In this document: piece after piece, positions 56,509 through 64,000 of the stretch
Layout: each line of letters starts with the position of its first letter
Numbering within the stretch: position 1 is the stretch's first letter
NCBI GenBank assembly: GCA_041690135.1
Contig: JAWLHY010000001.1
Coordinates: forward strand, 992,001-1,056,000
DNA: 64,000 nt
DNA from: Armatimonadota bacterium
Lineage (GTDB): Bacteria; Armatimonadota; SYMT01
Direction of reading: 5' to 3'
Made by a program: the position numbers and the translations under genes
Notes under the pieces: generated by a model
Told to the model about the DNA's origin: nothing
Databases searched by the model: none
What the model saw: only the letters and a program-made list of their open reading frames with translations

Positions 56509-58364
56509 CGAAACGTCCCACCGCCCTCGCCGTTCTGGCGGTTACGGCGCTCGGCGCCTTGTTGGGGCTTGCGGACCTCCGGGGACTGTTGACTTACCTG
56601 GGGAGCCAGTGGGCGGAGTGGACTGATAAGTATCAGGATCTCCCGCGGCCCACCTCCATCCTCTGGCTGGAAGGTGCCGCGGGAGTCGCCCGAAAGATGG
56701 AAGGTACCGAGGGTTGGCTGGCTGCGCTGACCCTCGTGGCCCTTTTTTTTGCGTTGCTTGCGCTGGCAGCCCTGTTGCAGCCGGGCTTCCGGCTTTCCAA
56801 GCCTCCCGAAGAAAACGAAGGCCAGGGGATTACCACCCACCTGGAAGTACCCCTGCTGATGCGAGTGGCGGCGGTGGCGCTGCTCTCCTTCTGGCTCTGC
56901 GGTGCGCTGGCGCCCGTGAGTATGTTCCTGGCGGGCAGTGGGGGGCAGTTCTTCGCGGCGGCTCGTCTACTGGCGGGTCTCCCTACCTGGACGGCGCTGC
57001 TGCCCGGGTTTATCGCTCCCGTCGTCCATTCGCTCCTCCTCTTTTCCGGTCTCTGGCTCCTCTGGGGGCCCTCCGGACCGCTGTCGCGCGCGCCCGGTAG
57101 CCAATTCCGCGAGACTCTCCTGACGGGGCTCCTCGCTGGCCTCGCTGCCATTCCCGCCGTCATCGCACTCCATGATGGGCGGATGTGGCTTGGCCTCGTC
57201 ACCCAGGCCTACAGTATGGCAGACCGGGACGGTTGGAAGCTCCTTCAGGTTCTGACCGTCATCCTGCCGGTAGCGGGAGCCTTTTTCCTGCTGCTGGTTG
57301 GGCTCGTGTTCCGGCCGGGTGCCTCTCGGCTTCTTACCCCGCGCCGCATCGCGTTCGCCGTGGCGGCTCCCCTCTTCGCGTTCTTCGGCTCCCAGGCCTG
57401 TGCCCGGATCATGGAGCGGATGGACGTGCAGAGCGGTAGCCTGGCGCGCACCCTCCAGCTTCCGGCCTCGGGATTGCAGCGCTTCGCATTGCTCCTCGCC
57501 CCGGAGGGCCAGACCTTCTTCAGCATCGTGCCCGATGGGTCCGGGGATAGGCGCTGGGACCGGATTGCTTGCAACGGTGAGACGGTGAAGGCGGCGGAGC
57601 AGTTTTTGGAGAAGCGCAACTACCGGTCGCGGTTGACCTATCGCGCCTATGTCCACCTGCACGACTGTGCCTCGCTCGACTGGCTGACCACCGAGAGCCT
57701 GAAGCGCAACCTGGAGACCCTGGAACGTGCCCCCTACCGGGTTGCCGCGCAGCTTCTGGAATACAAGCTGATGACCTGCCCCATCTTGCCGGAGAACCGG
57801 GAGGTGCTCGATCGGCTGGCGGACCCGGCGGTGTTTGCCTGGCGTGATCCACAGGTGAGCAAGCGGACCCTGGGACGGCTCTATCTCCGCTTCGGTGATA
57901 TGGACCGGGCTCGAAGCTACCTGATGGACGCCGGCCTCGACCAGGCAGGATTCCGGCAGTTGATGGGGGGACTTTCCCCTCTGACAGAGGGGAAGGTACG
58001 CGGCCGTCTTACCTTCGGTGGAAAAGCGGTCGCCGGCGTGCGCCTGGGTCTCGTTCACGCCGATCAACCCTGGGGGGAGATGGTGACGGAACCGCGGCCC
58101 CACACCTGGCGGCATGTTTCCGCCGCCGCGCACACGGATGAGAAGGGTAATTTCGAGTTCACCCATCTGGCCGAAGGAAGGTACTTCCTGGTCATCACCG
58201 GTGGCGGTATCGGGCGAGTACCCGGTCAGCCTATCGTGACCGGGCACCCCAGGATGTTTCAGTTAGACCGTTTCCGCCCCACCCAAATCCTGCCGAAAAT
58301 CGACATCAATTTTCGGCCTGTGGATCCATCCCAACCCGGTCGCACCGGTAGGAACACCGCCTAG
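56505..58364 (+). CDS. Multi-TM membrane protein with C-terminal carboxypeptidase-regulatory-like beta domain
   Basis: About 7 hydrophobic segments, then a soluble region ending G.V.G.L...TDEKGNFEFTHLAEGRYFL; ATGA-coupled to the kinase. Confidence 0.75.
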   Translation: MTKRPTALAVLAVTALGALLGLADLRGLLTYLGSQWAEWTDKYQDLPRPTSILWLEGAAGVARKMEGTEGWLAALTLVALFFALLALAALLQPGFRLSKPPEENEGQGITTHLEVPLLMRVAAVALLSFWLCGALAPVSMFLAGSGGQFFAAARLLAGLPTWTALLPGFIAPVVHSLLLFSGLWLLWGPSGPLSRAPGSQFRETLLTGLLAGLAAIPAVIALHDGRMWLGLVTQAYSMADRDGWKLLQVLTVILPVAGAFFLLLVGLVFRPGASRLLTPRRIAFAVAAPLFAFFGSQACARIMERMDVQSGSLARTLQLPASGLQRFALLLAPEGQTFFSIVPDGSGDRRWDRIACNGETVKAAEQFLEKRNYRSRLTYRAYVHLHDCASLDWLTTESLKRNLETLERAPYRVAAQLLEYKLMTCPILPENREVLDRLADPAVFAWRDPQVSKRTLGRLYLRFGDMDRARSYLMDAGLDQAGFRQLMGGLSPLTEGKVRGRLTFGGKAVAGVRLGLVHADQPWGEMVTEPRPHTWRHVSAAAHTDEKGNFEFTHLAEGRYFLVITGGGIGRVPGQPIVTGHPRMFQLDRFRPTQILPKIDINFRPVDPSQPGRTGRNTA

Positions 58365-58437
58365 CTCCCCGGATTCCGCCTTTCGAGCACCGTTGCGGGC
58401 AGCCATGGAACGGCAACGCGCACCCGCGCTGGATCTA

Positions 58438-58591
58438 AGTGTGGAGTCGCCGCTTGCAGCGGCGGTCTTGCGAACAAGGTGCCGACCACTCGTGCTGGAT
58501 AACCGCAACCAGTACTTGCCTGCGCTTTGGCAGGCACGGGATTCCATTCCCGCAGTCGCCAGTCGCCGCTGCAAGCGGGCGACTCCACACT
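58438..58591. repeat. Inverted pair of 27/28-bp REP-like palindromes (REPIN-like)
   Basis: AGTGTGGAGTCGCCGCTTGCAGCGGCG (58438-58464) and its reverse complement with one extra base (58564-58591). Confidence 0.85.
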
Positions 58592-58598
58592 CAATGGC

Positions 58599-58646
58599 AC
58601 GACGTCGCTCAAGTTGCAGTAGGGGCTGCAACTTGAGCGACGTCGT
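58599..58646. terminator. Perfect 21-bp hairpin between convergent genes
   Basis: ACGACGTCGCTCAAGTTGCAG-TAGGGG-CTGCAACTTGAGCGACGTCGT, 12 bp from the DUF1552 stop; no U tract. Confidence 0.55.
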
Positions 58647-58658
58647 CCAGCGCCTGCC

Positions 58659-60089
58659 TTATCCGGTGACCGCACCCTTGAAGTTGGGGTCGGAGAGGCC
58701 GGGGAGTTCGCCGGTGCTGTCTCCGAAGCCGGGCACCGGTGTCCCCAACCGGGAGAGCAGCCCCACGTAGAGGTTGCAGAGCGGAGTCTTCTTTTCGTAG
58801 ACCAGGTGCCGGCCGGTGGCGAGGGTGCCGCCCGCGCGACCCGCCAGGACCAACGGGAGGTTGACCGGGCTGTGGGCGTTGCCGTCCCGCATGCCGCTGC
58901 CGAAGAGGACCACCGAGTTGTCCAGCAGGGTCCCCTCGCCTTCCTTGATCGCCTTCATCCGTTCCAGCATGTAGGCGTACTGCTGGAGGTGCCAGAGGTT
59001 GATGGCCTTGTATTCTTCCAGCTTCGCCTTGTCGTTCTCGTGGTGCGAGATCTGGTGGTGTCCGCCGCTCACGCCGGGGAGGAAGGAGAAGTTCCGGCCG
59101 CTGACCTCGTTCGCAAACATGAAGGTGGCCACGCGGGTGGAGTCGGTCCAGAAGGACAGGACCATCAGGTCCAGCATCAGGCGCACCTGTTCGGTGTGGT
59201 CGATGCCGCGCTTCCGGCTCAGGCGCGCGGGGTCGCTGTAGTAGTCCTTGATACGGCCGCCGAGCTTTTCGATTTCCTTCCGGGCCTCGGGATCGTCCTG
59301 GTACTGCCCCTTGCGGCGTTCGGCGTCGAAGGCGATCCGCTTCTCGACGGAGCGTACCGACTCGAAATATTCTTCGAGCTTGAGCTGGTCCATCTTGCCG
59401 ACCTTGCCCTTTAGCCGCCGGGCGTCGTCCGCCACCAGGTCGAGAATGCTGCGGTCCTGCGAGAGGTCGCCTTTCGCGCGGGCCTGGCTGGTGCCGAACA
59501 CCCGGTCGAAGGCGAGTTGCGGGTTGATCTCGCGGGTGACCGGGGTCGTAGGCGAGCTCCAGGAGATGTGCGAGCCGTAGAGGCGGGTGAAGCCGACGTT
59601 GGTATCCACGCCCATCGTCACCGGCTCGATGCTCAACTCCAGGGAAGGCAGCGGAGTAAGATTGCCGACCCGCTGCGCCACCACCTGGTCCAGCGAAACA
59701 CCCCCGCAGCGCAGGTCGCTGCCCGTGGTCTTGGTTACCTGGGTGCCGGTGAGCCAGGGTGCGACCTTCACGTAGTGCCCGTCGCCGACGATGCTCCCCT
59801 TGTTCATCAGTTCGCTGAGCACCAGGATGTCGGACTTCACTCCCGCGAGCGGCGCCAGGATCGGTGAGAGCTCGAAATCGGCGCCGGTGCCGATGGGCGT
59901 CCAGTGGTGCGGGTTCACGCCGTTGGGGAAGTAGAGGGCGGCGAACCGGACCGGCGCCTTGCCTTTAGCACCGGCCGGAGCGGCGCCGGCGCTCCGGGGC
60001 TGCAGGCTTTCCAACATGGGCAGGAACATGGTGACGCCGAGACCGCGTAGCACGGTGCGGCGTGAAATCGGCTGCGTTACTCGCTCCAT
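58659..60089 (-). CDS. DUF1552 domain protein (Tat-exported)
   Basis: ISRRTVLRGLG Tat signal; FPNGV, SLDQ, LPSLEL, DSTRVAT, HQISHH, GTLLDNS, DGNAH. Confidence 0.92.
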   Translation of the reverse strand: MERVTQPISRRTVLRGLGVTMFLPMLESLQPRSAGAAPAGAKGKAPVRFAALYFPNGVNPHHWTPIGTGADFELSPILAPLAGVKSDILVLSELMNKGSIVGDGHYVKVAPWLTGTQVTKTTGSDLRCGGVSLDQVVAQRVGNLTPLPSLELSIEPVTMGVDTNVGFTRLYGSHISWSSPTTPVTREINPQLAFDRVFGTSQARAKGDLSQDRSILDLVADDARRLKGKVGKMDQLKLEEYFESVRSVEKRIAFDAERRKGQYQDDPEARKEIEKLGGRIKDYYSDPARLSRKRGIDHTEQVRLMLDLMVLSFWTDSTRVATFMFANEVSGRNFSFLPGVSGGHHQISHHENDKAKLEEYKAINLWHLQQYAYMLERMKAIKEGEGTLLDNSVVLFGSGMRDGNAHSPVNLPLVLAGRAGGTLATGRHLVYEKKTPLCNLYVGLLSRLGTPVPGFGDSTGELPGLSDPNFKGAVTG

Positions 60090-60135
60090 CGTCCTCTCGC
60101 TTTCGCTACTCTTCCGCTGCTTCCGTTGTTCATCC

Positions 60136-62064
60136 TTAACCCGATTTCCTGTACTGGAACGGGTAGCTCTTCACGATCTCGCGAATGAGCGTCGAGCTCT
60201 TGTAGTTGTCCCGGACCACCGCCTCCGTAATGCGGCGGACCGTGGGAATGTCGTAATACTCCAGCCCTCGCCCCAGGGAGTAGGCCAGCATCCGCTCCAC
60301 CAGGTTGCGGACGAACTCCTCCTGGCGCTTCAGCATCTGCTGCTTCAGTTCCACGGGTCCCGAGAACTTCTCCCCGGTCGTCAGCACCCCCGCCGAGTCG
60401 ACCGGCTGGTCACCGATCTTCGTCCGCCAGCGACCGATCGCGTCGAAGTTCTCCAGCCCGAACCCGATGGGGTCCATCCGGCTGTGGCACCCGGCACACT
60501 CCGGCTTCTCCCGGTGCTTCTCCAGCCGCTGCCGGAACGTGAGCCCTTCCTTTGGGGCATCGTCGGCGGGAAGACCGCCGGCATTGGGCGGAGGCGGCGG
60601 CATCTCCGAGCCCAGCACCTCCTCCAGCACCCAGGTTCCACGCAGCACGGGGCTGGTGCGTTGCGGATAGCTGGTAACCGTCAAAACGCTCGCCATCGTG
60701 ATAATGCCGCCCCGCCGCCTGTCCGGCAGCGAGACCCGCCGCATCTCCGGTCCCGTTACCCCTGGCACCCCGTAATGACGGGCGAGTTCCTCGTTCAGGA
60801 AGGTGTAGTCCGCGTCGAGCAGGGTCAGCAGACTGCTCTCCTCCTTCAGCACGGAAGCGAAGAACTGGACCGTCTCCTGATACATTGCGTCCCGGAGGGT
60901 AGGGGTGTAGGTGGGGTAGCGGCGGGGATCCGGTTGGGTGCCCGCAAAGAGGCTCCGCACCCGCAGCCACTGGCCCGCGAAGCTGTCCGCAAAGGCATCG
61001 AACTTGGGGTCCTGCATCATCCGGAGGACCTGCTGATCGAGCACCTTGGGATCGCTCAGTTTCTTCTGTGCAGCCAGGCGATAGAGTTCTGGGTCCGGGG
61101 TGGAAGCCCACAGGAAGTAGGAGATACGGGTCGCCAGCTCAAAATCGTTGATGCGGTAAGGCGTGGTCGACGCCTGGTCCGTTTCGACCCGGAACAGGAA
61201 GTTGGGCGAAACGAGTACGGCCTTGAGCGCGAATTTGACGGCACCCTCGAACGGCTCGCCGCGTTTGACCGCCGCATCGTAAAGAGCGAGGAGCCGTTCG
61301 ACCTCGGTGGCCTCCGCTGGACGCCGGAACGCCCGGGTGGCGTGATGGGCCAGCAGGCGCTTCGCGGCATCTCGCGGCTTGAGGGTCTTGCTCGGCCGAA
61401 CCACGAAGAGCTTCGCGGCGGGCGCTTCCGCCAGCACCTGGCCGGCGGCTTCCAGGTAGCGCTCCATCAGGATGGGCGGAATGAACAGGGTGTCCGCGTT
61501 GTTGTCGAAGCCTCCGCCCCCGCCGCCGTCCGCCGGGAATTTATCGGCGGGCTTCGAGTCGACGCCGAACAGGTCGCGGACCGAGTTGTTGTACTCCAGC
61601 CGGTTCAGGCGGTGAATCAGCACCTTGCCGGGGTTCGGCGGCAGCAGTTTCTCGTCCACATTGTCCAGCGTGTGCGAGAGCCACGCCGAGATGCGGTCGC
61701 GCTGGTCCTGGTTCGGCTGCGGTACCCCGCGGGGCGGCATACTCCGCTCCCGGATCGCCGTGAGGACCTTCCGCCAGCCGACCTGCTCCTTCTGGATCGC
61801 CACGACGTCTGCGTACTTCACCAGGTTGATGCCGCCCCGCGGGTTCTTCTCACCGTGGCAGCCGTAGCAGTACTGCTTGAGGAAGGGCTGGATCGTTTCG
61901 GTGTAGGCCTTCTGGGGCGGCACCTCCGTCTGGCCGACGGCGACCCGGGCAAGCCCGAGGCCCAGAAGCGCCAGGGACGGCACGATCCATGCGTGCGCGC
62001 AGGTAAGGGAGAGCGCGGAGCGCTGGGGGGTGGAAGAGGTGGGTTTACTGCTGGACCGTTTCAA
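60136..62064 (-). CDS. DUF1587/1592/1588/1585/1595 planctomycete cytochrome c-type protein
   Basis: CYGCH and CAGCH heme motifs; RLNRLEYNNSVRDL, LVSPNFLFR, SYFLW, TSPVLRG, GFGLENFDAIG; start uncertain. Confidence 0.92.
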   Translation of the reverse strand: MKRSSSKPTSSTPQRSALSLTCAHAWIVPSLALLGLGLARVAVGQTEVPPQKAYTETIQPFLKQYCYGCHGEKNPRGGINLVKYADVVAIQKEQVGWRKVLTAIRERSMPPRGVPQPNQDQRDRISAWLSHTLDNVDEKLLPPNPGKVLIHRLNRLEYNNSVRDLFGVDSKPADKFPADGGGGGGFDNNADTLFIPPILMERYLEAAGQVLAEAPAAKLFVVRPSKTLKPRDAAKRLLAHHATRAFRRPAEATEVERLLALYDAAVKRGEPFEGAVKFALKAVLVSPNFLFRVETDQASTTPYRINDFELATRISYFLWASTPDPELYRLAAQKKLSDPKVLDQQVLRMMQDPKFDAFADSFAGQWLRVRSLFAGTQPDPRRYPTYTPTLRDAMYQETVQFFASVLKEESSLLTLLDADYTFLNEELARHYGVPGVTGPEMRRVSLPDRRRGGIITMASVLTVTSYPQRTSPVLRGTWVLEEVLGSEMPPPPPNAGGLPADDAPKEGLTFRQRLEKHREKPECAGCHSRMDPIGFGLENFDAIGRWRTKIGDQPVDSAGVLTTGEKFSGPVELKQQMLKRQEEFVRNLVERMLAYSLGRGLEYYDIPTVRRITEAVVRDNYKSSTLIREIVKSYPFQYRKSG

Positions 62065-62349
62065 CGCGTTCGTAGTTCCCGGATACGGCTCGTGGGTGGC
62101 TCGGCGCCCGCAGGGCTGCCTTCCCTCCTATATCTTACGGCACCGAAGACGCCTCCGAGGTTGGACTATTGTGGGTTCTTCGGCCGATGTCCAGACAGCA
62201 TGTTCCACAGTCCGATCACGCATCCGTGACCAACCGTTCCATCCGTGTCAAATGAGTCGAGCATGGACCACTGCGAGGGAACTGGAGCATTCACGCCGAA
62301 CCATCCTGGCGTGAAAAGCTCCTACCAGAACCCTCGAAGATTCGCAGCT

Positions 62350-64000
62350 ATGTGGCGGATCGCCTTCCTCGCTCTGCCGGCGCTGGCTGCCGCTACCCAG
62401 GGTGGCGCCCAACCGACTCCGGACCTGGTCACCCCTCTTCCGGCCGCGATCGACGCGCTCTTCAAGACGTGGGACCGGCGTGACACTCCGGGATGTGCCC
62501 TGGCGGTGGTGCGGGATGGGCGGGTCGCCTACGCCCGTGGCTACGGGATGGCGGACCTGGAGCACGACGTGCCGATCACGCCGGCTTCGGTGTTCCAGAT
62601 CGCTTCGGTCTCCAAACAGTTCACGGCCATGTCGGCCGTACTCCTGGCGGGGCAAGGGAAGCTCTCACTGGAAGATGACGTCCGGAAGCACGTGCCGGAA
62701 ATGCACGACTTCGGTAAGCCGATCCGGGTGCGGCATCTCATCCACCACACCAGCGGGCTGCGGGACCAGTTCGACCTGCTGGAGATGGCGGGCTGGGGGT
62801 TCAGCGATGCCACCACGCAGGACGACCTGCTGAAGCTGGCTTACCGGCAGCGCGACCTGAACTTCGAGCCGGGCGCCGAGTTCCTCTACTGCAACACGGG
62901 CTATACCCTGCTGGCCGAGGTGGTCCGGCGCGCGAGCGGCAATTCCCTGCGGCAGTACGCCCGGGAGTCGATCTTCCTACCGCTGGGGATGCTCAGCACG
63001 CACGTCCACGACGACAGCCGGATGCTGGTAAAGGACCGCGCCCATTCCTACGTCCCCCGGCGGGGCGGCTACGCGCAGGCGATCCTCTCCGCCTCCGAAG
63101 TGGGGGCCACCAACCTGTTCACCACCATCGAGGACCTGGCCCGGTGGGACGCCAACTTTCTGAGTGGAAAGGTAGGCGGCCCGGCGGCGCTGGCGGAGAT
63201 GCTGCGCAAGGGGCGCCTCAACAACGGCAAAGAAGTCAACTACGCCGGCGGCCTCTCCCACGGCACTCACCGCGGCCTCCCCACCTTGTCGCACAACGGA
63301 GTGCACGCAGGCTACCGCACCACCTTCGTCCGCTTTCCGGAACAGCGTCTCTCCGTCATCGTGCTGGCCAACCTGAGCAGCATCACCCCGGCGCCCCTGG
63401 CTCGGAGAGTGGCCGACCTCTACCTCGCTCCGCTCCTCAAGAAGGAGCCCGCACACAAAGCGGCGCCGAAGCCCGCGGAGCCGGCGCGCAAGCTGGAACC
63501 GGCGCTCCTGGAAGCCTACGCGGGCCAGTACCGCTTCCGTCCCGGCCTCGCGCGGACCTTTGTGAAAGAGGGCGACCGGCTCCTGATGCTGAACGGCGGA
63601 AGCCGCCTGCCGATGGTCGCGGTCTCCGATCGGGAGCTGTACGCCGAGGGGTTCACGGCGCGCTACCGGTTCTCGTCTCCCGAGGCGGGCAAGTCGCGCG
63701 AGGTGGTCCGCCAGGATGAGGGCGAGGAGACCACGGGGCGGCGGCTGGAGCCTTACTCCCCCACTCAGTCCGACCTGGAGGCATGCGCCGGCCGCTACTA
63801 CAGCCCGGAGCTCGAAGTGATCTACACGCTGGACACGCGCGATGGGAAATTGACGGCAACCCACCGGCGTGGCGAGGTGACCCTGCGGCCGGTGACCCGC
63901 GACGAGTGGGACAGCAGCCTGGCCACCTTTACCTTCGCGCGCGGACGCGGCGGGAAGGTGGAAGGATTCCTGCTGAACACCTCCCGCTCGCGGAACATCC
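62350..64000 (+). CDS. Serine hydrolase, beta-lactamase class C/AmpC-like family (partial, runs off the window)
   Basis: Signal peptide MWRIAFLALP; PGCALAV, GYGMADLEH, SVSK (SxxK), YCN, HNG. Absent from the ORF track because no stop falls within the window. Confidence 0.9.
   Translation, partial: MWRIAFLALPALAAATQGGAQPTPDLVTPLPAAIDALFKTWDRRDTPGCALAVVRDGRVAYARGYGMADLEHDVPITPASVFQIASVSKQFTAMSAVLLAGQGKLSLEDDVRKHVPEMHDFGKPIRVRHLIHHTSGLRDQFDLLEMAGWGFSDATTQDDLLKLAYRQRDLNFEPGAEFLYCNTGYTLLAEVVRRASGNSLRQYARESIFLPLGMLSTHVHDDSRMLVKDRAHSYVPRRGGYAQAILSASEVGATNLFTTIEDLARWDANFLSGKVGGPAALAEMLRKGRLNNGKEVNYAGGLSHGTHRGLPTLSHNGVHAGYRTTFVRFPEQRLSVIVLANLSSITPAPLARRVADLYLAPLLKKEPAHKAAPKPAEPARKLEPALLEAYAGQYRFRPGLARTFVKEGDRLLMLNGGSRLPMVAVSDRELYAEGFTARYRFSSPEAGKSREVVRQDEGEETTGRRLEPYSPTQSDLEACAGRYYSPELEVIYTLDTRDGKLTATHRRGEVTLRPVTRDEWDSSLATFTFARGRGGKVEGFLLNTSRSRNI

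Noticed and set aside
59959-62229. 756-aa plus-strand ORF
   Set aside because: Antisense shadow of the DUF1592 gene.
62350-64000. Antibiotic-resistance beta-lactamase (also considered for the MBL at 35635)
   Set aside because: The motifs support only the broad serine-hydrolase and MBL folds; substrate cannot be inferred.

Overview
GC-rich bacterial chromosomal window. It is probably Armatimonadota or a related sulfatase-rich lineage, inferred from the [33 protein letters not shown] prepilin/H-X9-DG protein and the DUF1552/DUF1592 pair. It holds about 43 protein genes, and I saw no rRNA, tRNA, CRISPR array or transposase. In order: the 3' end of an NRPS cluster (standalone A-PCP, then C-A-PCP-TE); DUF1080; a KaiC-like ATPase with a REC-PAS-RsbW-like kinase; three Cys-type sulfatases; a prepilin-like gene; DKNYY, ankyrin and TPR proteins; a small protein ending in Gly-Gly coupled to a 1658-aa DUF4132-type protein; orphan histidine kinases; an RRM protein; msrB; a desaturase with an MBL hydrolase; MacAB-like and AttEFGH-like ABC systems; pfkA; a 1421-aa tubulin-like/Zn-ribbon/STAND-type ATPase fusion; moeB(Z); mrp; DUF1552/DUF1592; and a partial serine hydrolase. 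Intergenic regions carry REP-like palindromes and degenerate 6-9 bp tandem repeats. The two best candidates for undescribed systems are the tubulin-like GTPase-STAND ATPase fusion with its coupled membrane protein (41757-46344) and the ubiquitin-like/DUF4132 two-gene operon (22124-27531). All family calls come from motif recognition by eye; no database searches were run.
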